Assembly: GCA_963713045.1 (NCBI GenBank)
Contig: CAVQKE010000001.1
Coordinates: 672,001-736,000, forward strand
DNA from: an uncultured delta proteobacterium
GTDB taxonomy: Bacteria > Myxococcota > Myxococcia > Myxococcales > Myxococcaceae
Direction of reading: 5' to 3'
DNA length: 64,000 nucleotides
The translations under genes and the position numbers were made by a program. The notes beneath the pieces are model-generated. The model saw only the letters and a program-made list of their open reading frames with translations. It ran no database searches and was not told the origin of the DNA. Of this stretch, positions 48,784 to 58,801 are shown in pieces. The number at the start of each line of letters is the position of its first letter. The stretch's first letter is position 1.

Positions 48784-50867
48784 GGGCCATCCTCCTGGTG
48801 CTGCTGGTGGGCTGCGCCGGCGCGCAGCATGGACCGGTGGTGAACGAAATCGCCATCTCCGGCGCGAAGCAAGTCAGCCCCGGGGACCTCGAGCAGCGCA
48901 TCGCCACCAACCAAGCCAACTTCTTCTCCCACGTCTTTGGGCCAGTCCCCACCTTCGACCCCACCACCTGGACGGCGGACTTGCGCCGCATTGAGCGCTA
49001 CTACCAGTCGCTCGGCTTTTACCAGGCCGAGGTGGTGGACGAGTCGGTGGTGCCGGACAACAAAGGGGGCGTCCGACTCAGCCTCAGCATCGACGAAGGC
49101 AAGCCCACCCATGTCACCGCGCTCGAGATTGAAGGGCTGGACATTCCCGACGACCTCCGGCGGGGCGTCCTGCGAAAATTGCCGCTGCAGGCGGGCGACG
49201 TCTTTCGCGAGGCGGACTGGGCAGCCCTCAAGACCACGCTGGTGTCGCGGCTGCGCGAACTCGGCTACTCCGACGCGGCAGTGGGCGGCGAGACGGACGT
49301 CGACGTCAGCAACCAGACGGCGCGGGTCCACGTCATCGTCGACCCCGGGCCGCGGGTGAAATTCGGAAGCATCTTCGTCACCTCCGGGCCGCACCCGGAA
49401 GTCCGCCCGGAACTCATCATCGCCACCGCACGTCCAGCGGTGCGGCAGGGCACCTGGTTCAGTGACTCCGCCCTGGCCCAGGCCGAGAAGCGCGTCTTCC
49501 AAATGGGCGTCTTCGGCGCGGTGAAGGTGACCGCCGGCACACCGGACGCCGCCACCGGGACGGTGAGCGTCCTCATCGACGTGCGCGAGGCGCCCTTCCA
49601 CACCCTGCGGGGTGGGGGCGGGGTGGCGTTTGATCCGGCGCGGCAGGAAGTGCACGCCATCGGGGAATACGTTGACCGCAACTTCCTCGGCGGCCTGCGC
49701 CGGCTGACGCTGAAGGCCGAGGTGGGTTGGGCGGTGCTGCCGGCCATTTGGAACATTCAATTCCAAGGGTTGATGTTCGACTTCCTCGCTCAGCTGGAGC
49801 AGCCCAACTTCTTCGCGCCGACACTGAAGGCCGTGGCCAGCCTCAACATCTACAAGCAGGTGGAAGCCGGTTACGGCTACATCGGCGGCCGCGGCCGCGT
49901 CGGGGTGGTGTGGGAACCCATCCCGCGCCTCGTCCTCTCGCCGACCTACGCCTTCGAGGTGGACCAAGTCACCGGCACCACCACCGGGCTGACCGGCGAC
50001 GTGCCGACGTTGGCCTATGGCTGCAGCACCTCTCCCTGCCTGCAGGTGCTGTCCTATTTGGAGCAGACTGCGGTGTGGGACGCTCGAGACGACGTGGTGG
50101 ATGCCAAACGCGGCTACTACCTGGGCATTTCCTTCCAGGAGTCGGGGCCCTGGCTGGGAAGTGGATTCAATTACATCCGCATTCTTCCCGAGGCTCGCGG
50201 CTACGTCAGCGTGGGCGCCGTCACGCTGGCCGCGCGGTTGATGGTGGGCACCATTCTCCAACCCAACCCCTGCAGCATCAGCGCCGAGGCCAGCCTCTCC
50301 ACGCAAAACTGCGACCCGTCCCCCATCGTCAACCGCTTCTTCGCCGGTGGCGCCGGCTCCAACCGCGGCTTCGGAAGCCGCGAGCTGTCGCCGCTGTTGC
50401 CCCTCTCCAACCAGCCGCTGACGCCCGCCCAGGGGGCCGGCAGCTTGGTGGCGCCGGTGGGCGTTCCCGCCGTCTCCACCGGCTACGTCGTGCCCATTGG
50501 GGGCAACGGGCTGCTCGACGCGTCGGTGGAGCTGCGCTGGACGTTTGCCCGCGAGTGGGTGCTGGCCTTCTTCGTCGACGCCGGCTTCGTCAGCTACGGG
50601 GCCTTCAACCTCAACCAGTTGGCCACCACCCAGGTGGCGGTGGGCTTTGGCCTGCGCTACCGGACGCCGGTCGGCTTGTTTCGCCTGGACTTCGGCTACC
50701 GCCTCAACCTGGGCGGCCCGCTTCCCGTCGTTCCACTGCAGCCGGCGGTGGACTACACGAAAAATACCGAATGCATCGCCTTCTCCTCCGTCGACCACGC
50801 GCCCAACTACGCCGGCTCCCCGTGGAGCCGGTGCGCGCTTCACTTCGCCGTCGGAGAGTCCTTCTGA
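48766..50867 (+). CDS. tamA: TamA/TamL-type Omp85-family outer-membrane protein (lipoprotein, about 3 POTRA domains)
   Basis: Lipobox LVGC; POTRA motifs (DLRRIERYYQSLGFY, IDEG, LRELGY); barrel RFFAGG..SNRGF, FVDAG, GLRYRTPVG..RLDFGY; terminal GESF. Start ambiguous. Confidence 0.85.
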
Positions 50868-50868
50868 G

Positions 50869-53800
50869 GTGACTTCCGCTCCTCCCAAGTCGCTTCCGAC
50901 GTTGGCCCGTCACCTGGGGCGGGCCGCCCTCCTGCTGGGCGCGCTCGGCCTGAGCGTCGTTGTCCTTTTTCTGGCAGCGCTGCTTTACGTCCAAACGCCG
51001 GCCGGGACGCGGCGACTGCTCGACCTCGGGCTCGGTGCGGCCAACAACGCCATCGCCGGGCGGGTGGAGGCGCGCAGCGTCACCATCCACGGCACCCAAA
51101 TTCTCATCCGGGGCGCTTCCCTGTTGGACCCGGAAGGCGCGCGGGTGGCCTTCATCGAAGAGGCGGAGGTGCAAATCGAGTGGGCCGCGCTGCTGCAGGG
51201 CCACATCGAGGCGCGGACGCTCCTGCTGCGCCAGCCTGAGCTGTCGGTGGTGGTGGACGCCGAGGGCTCCAACCTCGACCGCACCTTCGCCCCCCGCTAC
51301 CCCGGGCCGCCGGACACCGGCGGAAAGCCGGTGCCACTCACCTTCGTTGTCCACCGCCTTCACCTGGAGGAGGGCCGCCTCCACGTCAAGACGCCCGACG
51401 GGCCGCCCTTCCTCGCGCAGGCGTTGGTCCTCGACGGCAGCGGCCGCTATGCCCTGCGCTCGCAGGCCTTCCAGCTGGACGTGCGTGGCAATGGGGCGGC
51501 GGACTCGCCGACGCCTGGACCGCTCAGCGTCGCCGTGCGCGGCGAGGGCAGCGCCCGGGGGCAGTCGGCGGAGGTGGACATTCGCGCCGCCGGAGCGAGC
51601 CTGGTGGCCGACCTGCGCTTCGGCGGGGAAGTGGGCCTGGCCGGCCACGTGGCGTTGGATGTCGCGCCCAACCTTGGCCGGGCCCTGGTACGTGGCTGGC
51701 CGCTGCGGGTGCCGCTGTCCCTGACTGGAGAGGCGCAGCGCGAGGGCGAAGGCTACCGCATCGCGCTGCAAGCGGCGGCGGGAAAGGCCCGGCTTGAGCT
51801 GCGGGCACAGATGGACCTGCAACAGACGACGGCCCATGGCTTGGACTTGCAGCTACAGCATGTGGACGCCGCGGAGCTTTTCGGCCGCGGGCCCAAGAGC
51901 GACTTCAGTGCTCGCCTGCAGGGCAGCGTCCGCGGCAATTCGCTGGCCAGCGCGCGCGGAACGCTCGAGCTGGCCGTCCCGGCCAGTCGCGTCCGCGGGG
52001 CACAGGTGGGCCCGGTCCAAGTGTCGCTTCGTCTGGACGCCGGGCGCCTGGACGTCCCCTCGCTGCGGGCCGTCCTCCCCGGCCTTCAGCTGCAAGGCAG
52101 CGGGCATGGGACGACGCACTCCCTGGAGGGCACGCTGCAACTCGAGGTGGCGGACTTGCACGCGTTGGGTGACACCCTGGGCGAGTTGTCCGACGGCTTT
52201 CCGCGCCTGGCCGGGCAAGGCATGGTGCGCCTGACGCTGTCCGGACACCCGGCCCACCCCGGCGTGGAGGCCGAGGGCGACTTTCCCCGCCTGCAGGTGG
52301 GCCCACTGTCGGCACAGGCGCTGCGTTTCGGCCTTCAGCTGAAGGACCTCTCACAACCTCTGGACGCCATCGCCACCGTGGAGGCAGAGGCCCTGGGGCT
52401 GGGCTCGCGCCTACTGCGGGACGTCCACGCCACCCTCGGCCATGAAGGCCGTGCGGTGCAGCTACAGCTGTTTGCGGCGGGCCCGGTGCAGCTGACGCTG
52501 GCCGGAACGGCGGACGGCGATGGCCGGGGACTGCGGGTGGAGACGCTTGTTGTGCGCTTCCCAGAAGAAGCATTCAGCCTGGCGGCGCCGGCAGCGGTGC
52601 GCTTCGGGGAGGCGCGCTTTGAGACACAACCGCTGCGCCTGCTTTCCGACCAGCAAGCCCTCAGCTTCAGCGTCCAAAAGGCCCAAGCCCAGCTGGAAGC
52701 GCAGCTGGAGGTGGCCCGACTGGACTTGGCGCGCCTGCCGGCGCTGGTGGCGCCCGCTTCCTGGGGCCTGGCGGGAGTGCTGGACGCGACGGCTTCGTTG
52801 CACGGAGAGGCAAGCCACCCGGACGTCACCCTGTCTGCCAACCTCGCCGAAGGCGGCTGGCACGGACTGTCCGGCCTTCAGGCCCACCTGGAGGGACAAC
52901 GCACCAAGGGCCAGCTGACACTGCAAGGCCACCTGCAGGCCTTGGGAAGCGCCTTGGACGTGGACTTCCAGGGACCGGAGCTGGCGTTGTCCCAGCGCCT
53001 TCACCGCCCGCTGGCGCTTCACCTCGCCATGACGGACGTCGACGTGGGAGGCGCCCTGTGTCAGTTGGCCAAAGCCCAGGTGTGGAATTCCGGTTGCCCG
53101 GCCGGCGAGGCTGCGGTGCGCGGGCGCGCCAGCCTGCAGCTGGCGGTGGACGGCTTTGCCGACGGGCCCAGCATCCATTTTGTGTTGCGCACCACGGACG
53201 TCGCCGCTGGTGGGCTGAGCGCGGCCGAGGGGACGCTGAGGTTGCAGGGGGACGCGGAAACGCCGGTGACGGCGACGCTGTCGGCCAAGGCGCTGCAGGG
53301 CGACGTCCAGGCCCAAGTTTCCCTGGCCTCGACCAGCACCCAGCTGCTGCTCCGGCGACGCACCTGGGAGGGCTGGCGGACGCTGCCCGTCCAGGCAGAC
53401 GTCCACGCCTCGGGCCTGCGGCTTGCGACGCTGCACCAGGCGAAGCTTGTCTCAGCGGACCTCCAGGGCGTGGCCCAGCTGGCAGTGTCGGCCAGCGGCA
53501 CGCTGGGCGCGCCCCGGGGCACGGCGGATGTCGAGGTGCACGCGCTGGCCCTTCCACCCTGGCCGGTGCTGGACGTCCACCTCAGCGTGCAGGCCGCCGA
53601 AACGGTGCAGGCACGCCTCAGCTTGGTCGGCCCGGATGAAGAGAAGGGCAGCGTCCAGCTGCGGGTGGAGGCGCCGCTGGCCCGGCTGGTCGCCGGTGCC
53701 TCGCCGGAGGCGCTGGCCGAGGCTGGACTCTCGCTGCAGGGCGATGTCGGTCCCTTCAACCTGAGAGAGATGCCCTTCAACGTCAACCGCTTGCGGCGCG

Positions 53801-55464
53801 ACCGGCGCCAGCTGGACGGGAAGCTGCAGGTGCAGTTTGAGGGCAAAGGGACGTTGTTGGCCCCGACCCTGACGGCCACCCTTCAGGCCACCAACCTCGG
53901 GCCGAGCGGCGGCGCCCACTTCGAAGGGAAGGCCAAGGCACGCTACGCCGACGGCCAGGGCGCGGTGGCGGTCCAGCTGCAATCGGCCAGCGGCGGAACG
54001 CTCGACATCGACGGCACCGTGCATCTGGACCTGGGCCTGCCCAGCCTCCGGCGGGGCCTTCACCTTTTTGAGGCACCCCTTCAGGCGAAGCTGCATTCGG
54101 TGCGCTTCGAGCCGGACTTCGTGGCCGCCTTCATTCCGTCGCTGCGCAGCATCAGCGGCCAACTACAGCTGGAGGCACAGGCCGACGGCACGCTGGGACG
54201 CCCGCAGCTGCAAGGCAGCGTGGCGTGGAAGGACGGAGCACTGGGCATCATCGGCTTCGGGCTGTACCAGGACATCCAGCTGCGGGCCTCGGCCACCAAC
54301 CAGCGCTTCTCCATTGAGGAATTGTTCACCCGGGTGCAGGGCGGCACCGTCGCGCTACAGCTGCAAGGGGAGCGAGCCGCGGAGGGCTTCCAGCTGTCCG
54401 GCACGCTGCGCGCCAAGGACTTTCCCGTCGTCCTGGACGACCAGCTGTGGTGCATCGCGACGCTGTCGGCGGAGTTACACGGCCTGGCGCGGCCCTGGGA
54501 ATTGGACTTGCGGCCGGTCGTCCTCTCGCAGGTCGAGGTGCAGCTTCCCGAAGTGCGACGCAAAAACCTCCAGGACTTGAACCCGCCGCCGGACGTCATC
54601 CTCACCCGCAACGGGGTGCCCCTCGACGCTGGCAAGGCACTTCGCGCGCTGGCGTTGGACCCGCGGCGCCGCACGGGGGCCGCGAGCCCGGGTGCCTCCT
54701 CCGCGGAGGGCGTCTTCCTCCGGCTGTCCCTGCAGACGCCCCAGCCGGTGTGGGTGCGGAGCAAGGACGTCACGCTGGAGCTGACGCTGTCCAACCCCTT
54801 CACCGTGGCCTTGGGAGGGCAGACGGACATCCACGGTGAGGTGCGCCTGCTGCAGGGCCGGGGCGACGTCTGGGGGCGCCGCTTCGAGGTGCAGTCTGGT
54901 GGCCAGGTGCGCTTCGCCGGCCTTCCGCAACAGGGGCTGCTGGATGTGACGGGCGTCTACAGCAGCGTCCTCAGCCAGGCCAAGGTGTACATGCACCTCT
55001 CGGGGGAAATCAGCAACGCCAAGCTGACGCCATCGAGCGAGCCGCCGATGTCGGAAACAGAAATCTACACGCTGCTTGCCACCGGACGGACGTCGCTGAC
55101 CCAAAGTAGCCTCGGCAGCAGCACCAGCGTCGGCGGTGGGGAAGCCGGGGCCTCCGTTTTGGGTTCTTGGGCTGCCACCCAGCTGAAGACGGCCGTCGGG
55201 GTGGCGCTGCCCATCGACGTGCTGTCGGTCGAGGTGGGCAGTGATGAACGCGGCGTCAACCAGACCCGGCTGGAGGCGGGGAAGTACCTCAACGATGACA
55301 TCTACATTGGCTACCAAGCGCGTACCAACGCGGACCCCTTCCGCTACCAAAATGCCAACGCCATCCGGGTCGAGTACCGTTTTCTCCGCCGGTGGAGCTT
55401 GCAGCTTGAATATGGAGACGCCAACGCTGGCTCGCTGGACGCGGTCTGGTCACGCGACTACTAA
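50869..55464 (+). CDS. tamB: TamB (AsmA-like/DUF490) translocation and assembly module protein
   Basis: N-terminal TM followed by QTPAG, about 1500 aa of beta-rich repeats, C-terminal LEAGKYL.DDIYIGY...VEYRF. Immediately after tamA. Confidence 0.9.
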   Translation: MTSAPPKSLPTLARHLGRAALLLGALGLSVVVLFLAALLYVQTPAGTRRLLDLGLGAANNAIAGRVEARSVTIHGTQILIRGASLLDPEGARVAFIEEAEVQIEWAALLQGHIEARTLLLRQPELSVVVDAEGSNLDRTFAPRYPGPPDTGGKPVPLTFVVHRLHLEEGRLHVKTPDGPPFLAQALVLDGSGRYALRSQAFQLDVRGNGAADSPTPGPLSVAVRGEGSARGQSAEVDIRAAGASLVADLRFGGEVGLAGHVALDVAPNLGRALVRGWPLRVPLSLTGEAQREGEGYRIALQAAAGKARLELRAQMDLQQTTAHGLDLQLQHVDAAELFGRGPKSDFSARLQGSVRGNSLASARGTLELAVPASRVRGAQVGPVQVSLRLDAGRLDVPSLRAVLPGLQLQGSGHGTTHSLEGTLQLEVADLHALGDTLGELSDGFPRLAGQGMVRLTLSGHPAHPGVEAEGDFPRLQVGPLSAQALRFGLQLKDLSQPLDAIATVEAEALGLGSRLLRDVHATLGHEGRAVQLQLFAAGPVQLTLAGTADGDGRGLRVETLVVRFPEEAFSLAAPAAVRFGEARFETQPLRLLSDQQALSFSVQKAQAQLEAQLEVARLDLARLPALVAPASWGLAGVLDATASLHGEASHPDVTLSANLAEGGWHGLSGLQAHLEGQRTKGQLTLQGHLQALGSALDVDFQGPELALSQRLHRPLALHLAMTDVDVGGALCQLAKAQVWNSGCPAGEAAVRGRASLQLAVDGFADGPSIHFVLRTTDVAAGGLSAAEGTLRLQGDAETPVTATLSAKALQGDVQAQVSLASTSTQLLLRRRTWEGWRTLPVQADVHASGLRLATLHQAKLVSADLQGVAQLAVSASGTLGAPRGTADVEVHALALPPWPVLDVHLSVQAAETVQARLSLVGPDEEKGSVQLRVEAPLARLVAGASPEALAEAGLSLQGDVGPFNLREMPFNVNRLRRDRRQLDGKLQVQFEGKGTLLAPTLTATLQATNLGPSGGAHFEGKAKARYADGQGAVAVQLQSASGGTLDIDGTVHLDLGLPSLRRGLHLFEAPLQAKLHSVRFEPDFVAAFIPSLRSISGQLQLEAQADGTLGRPQLQGSVAWKDGALGIIGFGLYQDIQLRASATNQRFSIEELFTRVQGGTVALQLQGERAAEGFQLSGTLRAKDFPVVLDDQLWCIATLSAELHGLARPWELDLRPVVLSQVEVQLPEVRRKNLQDLNPPPDVILTRNGVPLDAGKALRALALDPRRRTGAASPGASSAEGVFLRLSLQTPQPVWVRSKDVTLELTLSNPFTVALGGQTDIHGEVRLLQGRGDVWGRRFEVQSGGQVRFAGLPQQGLLDVTGVYSSVLSQAKVYMHLSGEISNAKLTPSSEPPMSETEIYTLLATGRTSLTQSSLGSSTSVGGGEAGASVLGSWAATQLKTAVGVALPIDVLSVEVGSDERGVNQTRLEAGKYLNDDIYIGYQARTNADPFRYQNANAIRVEYRFLRRWSLQLEYGDANAGSLDAVWSRDY

Positions 55465-55473
55465 GGGCCGCTC

Positions 55474-56196
55474 ATGAATGTTTCCTGGTTGGTGTGGGCG
55501 CAGGTGCAAGGCTCCTCGCTCGGATGGCTCACGAGCAAGCTGCTGAGGCTGACCCTCGGCTCCGCCGAGTGGGTGCTGTGGCTGTTGGTGGCGCTCTCGG
55601 TGGTGTCCTTCGCAGTCATGCTGGAGCGGGCGGTCTTCTTCAGCTCGCAGCGCTTGCGCCACGGCGAGCAACTGGCCGACTGGCTGGCGCAGGGGGAATT
55701 GGACCGGGCGGCCCGAGCGCTGGAAGGGCAGACGGGGATGGAGGCGGTGGTGGTGCGGGAAATGTTGGGAGCGGCTTCTCAGGGCGCGGACACGGTGGAG
55801 GAAGTCATGCTCAGCGTGCTGGCCCGCGAACGGGCACGCTATGAGAGGTTTCTCTCCTTCCTCGGCACCCTGGGAAGCAACGCCCCCTTCGTCGGACTCT
55901 TCGGGACGGTGCTGGGCATCATCAAGGCCTTCAACGACTTGGGCGCGGTCGCGCTGAAGGGCAGCGCCATCCAACAGACGGTGATGGCCGGCATCTCCGA
56001 GGCGCTGGTGGCGACTGCGGTGGGCCTGGGCGTCGCCATCCCCGCGGTGGTGGCCTACAACGGCTTCACCCGCTGGTTGAAGACGCTGGTCAACCGGAGC
56101 CAAGCGCTGGGCTATGCCCTGGTGGGCGCGATGCGGGCCCAGGCCGAGGCAGCCCAACCGGGCCGGGCGGCTTCTGGCGTGGCCAAGGGCAGCTGA
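55474..56196 (+). CDS. exbB: ExbB/TolQ/MotA proton-channel subunit
   Basis: LGTLGSNAPFVGLFGTVLGIIKAF, GISEALVATAVGLGVAIPA..AYN. Confidence 0.9.
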   Translation: MNVSWLVWAQVQGSSLGWLTSKLLRLTLGSAEWVLWLLVALSVVSFAVMLERAVFFSSQRLRHGEQLADWLAQGELDRAARALEGQTGMEAVVVREMLGAASQGADTVEEVMLSVLARERARYERFLSFLGTLGSNAPFVGLFGTVLGIIKAFNDLGAVALKGSAIQQTVMAGISEALVATAVGLGVAIPAVVAYNGFTRWLKTLVNRSQALGYALVGAMRAQAEAAQPGRAASGVAKGS

Positions 56197-56639
56197 TGGC
56201 GGCGCAGCTTCAAGACAGCGGTGACGATGAGATTACCGGCATCAACGTCACCCCCTTGGTGGACGTGGTGTTGGTGCTGCTCATCATTTTCATGGTGACG
56301 GCCAACTTCATCGTCCGCGAGACAATGGAGGTGGACCTCCCCAAGGCGGCCAATGCCGGCGAAACGGTGCAGGGCCTGTTGGCGGTGGTGATGGACCGAC
56401 AGGGCCGCCTCTTCCTCGATGGGGAGGAAGTGTCCGAGGCACAGCTGCGGGTGAAGGTCGCCGACAGCGTGAAGCGGGACGCCGAGACGCGCGCCATCCT
56501 CAGCGCGGACCAAGCCCTCCCCTACGGCGAGGTGATGCACCTCATCGACGTGGTGAAAGGCGAGGGGGTGTCCCGCTTCGCCCTCAACATTGAAAAGGAC
56601 GCGCGCTCCCGCGCTGCGGGAGGCCCCGGAGCGCCGTGA
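56196..56639 (+). CDS. exbD: ExbD/TolR subunit
   Basis: INVTPLVDVVLVLLIIFMVTA with the essential Asp; VDLPKA, ADQALPYGEV. Confidence 0.92.
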   Translation: MAAQLQDSGDDEITGINVTPLVDVVLVLLIIFMVTANFIVRETMEVDLPKAANAGETVQGLLAVVMDRQGRLFLDGEEVSEAQLRVKVADSVKRDAETRAILSADQALPYGEVMHLIDVVKGEGVSRFALNIEKDARSRAAGGPGAP

Positions 56640-57379
56640 CTGCAGCCGTGGTGCCGCTCGCCGCACCGCTGCGGCGGAACTGGCTGTGGCTCTTTCTTGC
56701 AGCCTCTCTCGGCCTGCACGCCTTGGGCCTGGTGCTGGCCGCGCGCGCCAAGCCTTCACCCTTTCCCCTTGGGCCGCGGCCTTCGGAAGTGGTGGTGGTG
56801 GAGGTGGAGCCACCGCGGCCGCACCCCGCGGAGCCGCCGCCCCACACCGAGCCGCGCTTTCGCCCGAAGGCCTCGGCCCTCGCCCCAAGGACGCCGGCCC
56901 GGGCGAAGGCCCCCCCGCCCAACGACACCGCCCCGCCGGCCCCGGGCCCACCCCCGCCGGTGGTGGTCGGCCTCACCCTCGAGTCGACCACCGCCGCGGC
57001 CACGGTGGCTGTCCCGGTGGGAAACACGCTGATGGGACGGCCCAACGTGCCCGCGACGGCGCCCAGCAGCGTCCGGCCAGGCTACGCGCCGCTGTACCTG
57101 GTGGACACCCAGCCCGAGCTGTTGGAGGAGATTAACGGGGAGGACGTCTACCCCGCCCCGGCGCGGAAACTGGGGATTGAAGGCCAGGTGGTCCTGGAAA
57201 TTACGGTGGACGCCGATGGGCGCGTCAGCGCGGCGCGGGTGGTGTCCGGCCCGGGCCACGGCCTCAACGAAGCCGCCCAGGGCGCCGTCCTTCGGGCGCG
57301 CTTCAAGCCGGCCACCAAGGCTGGAAAGCCGGTCGCCACCGACTTGCGCTACACCTACACCTTCGCCCTCAACCAGTGA
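56636..57379 (+). CDS. tonB: TonB-family energy transducer
   Basis: TM with SLGLH (S-x3-H), Pro-rich linker, C-terminal YP..AR..GIEGQV...V..DG.V...FKPA..GKPV. Confidence 0.9.
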   Translation: MTAAVVPLAAPLRRNWLWLFLAASLGLHALGLVLAARAKPSPFPLGPRPSEVVVVEVEPPRPHPAEPPPHTEPRFRPKASALAPRTPARAKAPPPNDTAPPAPGPPPPVVVGLTLESTTAAATVAVPVGNTLMGRPNVPATAPSSVRPGYAPLYLVDTQPELLEEINGEDVYPAPARKLGIEGQVVLEITVDADGRVSAARVVSGPGHGLNEAAQGAVLRARFKPATKAGKPVATDLRYTYTFALNQ

Positions 57380-58325
57380 CTTCGCCGCGAAGCCTCCGCT
57401 TTCGCTTTGGGTCACGTGCGGTGCAGCTGCTGCTCGACTGGATGAGGCCTTGCACCAGAAAGTCCCGCAGCAGCGCCACCCGCTGCGGGACGAAGCGGGC
57501 GGAGGGGTAGACGACGTGGAGCGCGCCTCCGGGATGGGTGTAGTCCGGCAGGACCTGCACCAGCCGGCCCCTTTCAATGTCCGAGGCACAGGTGGTCCAC
57601 GGGACCAGTCCAATGCCGCTTCCGGCCAGCAGCATCTGTCGAACGAAGGCGAAGTCGTCGGCCGACACGCGGCCTTGGACGTCGACGGTTTCCACCCCGT
57701 GGGGGCCGGTCAATTCCAAGCTGGCCCGCCCGCGCCGGGCGCGGAAGAGGACGCAGTCGTGGCTGGCGAGGTCGGCCACACGCTTCGGCGTCCCCCGACG
57801 GCGCAGGTAACCCGGCGCCGCCAACAGCCGCGCTTCCACCATCCCCACCCGGCGCGCCATCAGCGAGGAGTCATCCAGCTTCCCGGCGCGCACCGCCAAG
57901 TCCACGCCCTCCTCCACCAGGTTGAGGACGCGCCCGGTGAGGACCATCTCCACCTGGATGTCCGGGTTTTGGCGGACGAAACGCGCCACCAGGCCGGCCA
58001 GCATATTCACGCCAACGTCGACCGGCGCGGTGACGCGCACCAACCCTCGCGGTTTGGCTTGCATCTCGGACACCGCCGCCTGCGCCTCGTCCAGGCCGGA
58101 CAGCGCGCGCGCCACCTGCTGGTAGTAGGCATGCCCGGCATCGGTCAGGTGCAGGCTTCGGGTGGTGCGCTGCAGGAGGCGCACGCCGAGCTCCCCTTCG
58201 AGGCGGGCCACGCTGCGGCTGACGCTCGACTTGGGCAGGGCGAGCGCCGCCGCCGCCGCGGTGAAGCTGCCCGCTTCCACCACCCGAACGAAGACCGCCA
58301 GATGATTCAAATCCGGTGTTGTCAC
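57369..58325 (-). CDS. LysR-type transcriptional regulator (CrgA/DmlR-like)
   Basis: DLNHL.VFVRVVEAGSFTAAA..L..PKSSVSR...LE..LGVRLLQRTTR, PRGLVRVTAP, EGVDLAVR. Confidence 0.95.
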   Translation of the reverse strand: MTTPDLNHLAVFVRVVEAGSFTAAAAALALPKSSVSRSVARLEGELGVRLLQRTTRSLHLTDAGHAYYQQVARALSGLDEAQAAVSEMQAKPRGLVRVTAPVDVGVNMLAGLVARFVRQNPDIQVEMVLTGRVLNLVEEGVDLAVRAGKLDDSSLMARRVGMVEARLLAAPGYLRRRGTPKRVADLASHDCVLFRARRGRASLELTGPHGVETVDVQGRVSADDFAFVRQMLLAGSGIGLVPWTTCASDIERGRLVQVLPDYTHPGGALHVVYPSARFVPQRVALLRDFLVQGLIQSSSSCTARDPKRKRRLRGEVTG

Positions 58326-58335
58326 AGGGGCAACA
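58317..58335. promoter_or_regulatory. Probable LysR recognition box (T-N11-A dyad)
   Basis: TGTTG-TCACAGGGG-CAACA (TGTT-N11-AACA) overlapping the LysR start, about 55 bp upstream of the divergent DoxX gene. Confidence 0.65.
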
Positions 58336-58390
58336 GTCTATCCCCTGGGCGAAATTGTCCCACCGCGTCCGCGGCGTTAGGAGGCCCGGC

Positions 58391-58801
58391 ATGCGCATCC
58401 TGACCCTCGTCGCTCGCATTTTGCTGGGGCTCATCTTCTTCGTCTTCGGCCTCAACGGCTTCTTTCACTTCATCCCCCAGCCGGCGCCACCGCCGGCAGC
58501 CGGGGCGTTCGCCGGCGCGCTGCTGGCCACTGGGTACTTCTTCCCGCTTTTAAAAACCGTGGAGACGGCAAGCGGATTCTTGCTGTTGACGGGGCGCTTC
58601 GTCCCGCTGGCACTCACCCTACTGGCCCCGATTGTGGTGAATATTTTCGCCTTCCACGCCTTCCTCCTCCCGGGCGGCCTCGCCCTGGCCACGGTGGTGG
58701 TGGTGTTGGAGGTGTTTCTGGCCCTTCGTTACCGGAGCGCCTTTGCGCCGATGCTGAAGGCCCGCGTTCAGCCGGACGGTGCAGTAACCGCTGGGCGTTA
58801 G
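58391..58801 (+). CDS. DoxX family membrane protein
   Basis: ARILLGLIFFVFGLNGF, TGYFFP...E..SG.LLL.GRFVPLAL..LAPI..NI..FH; AGGAGG RBS. Confidence 0.9.
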   Translation: MRILTLVARILLGLIFFVFGLNGFFHFIPQPAPPPAAGAFAGALLATGYFFPLLKTVETASGFLLLTGRFVPLALTLLAPIVVNIFAFHAFLLPGGLALATVVVVLEVFLALRYRSAFAPMLKARVQPDGAVTAGR

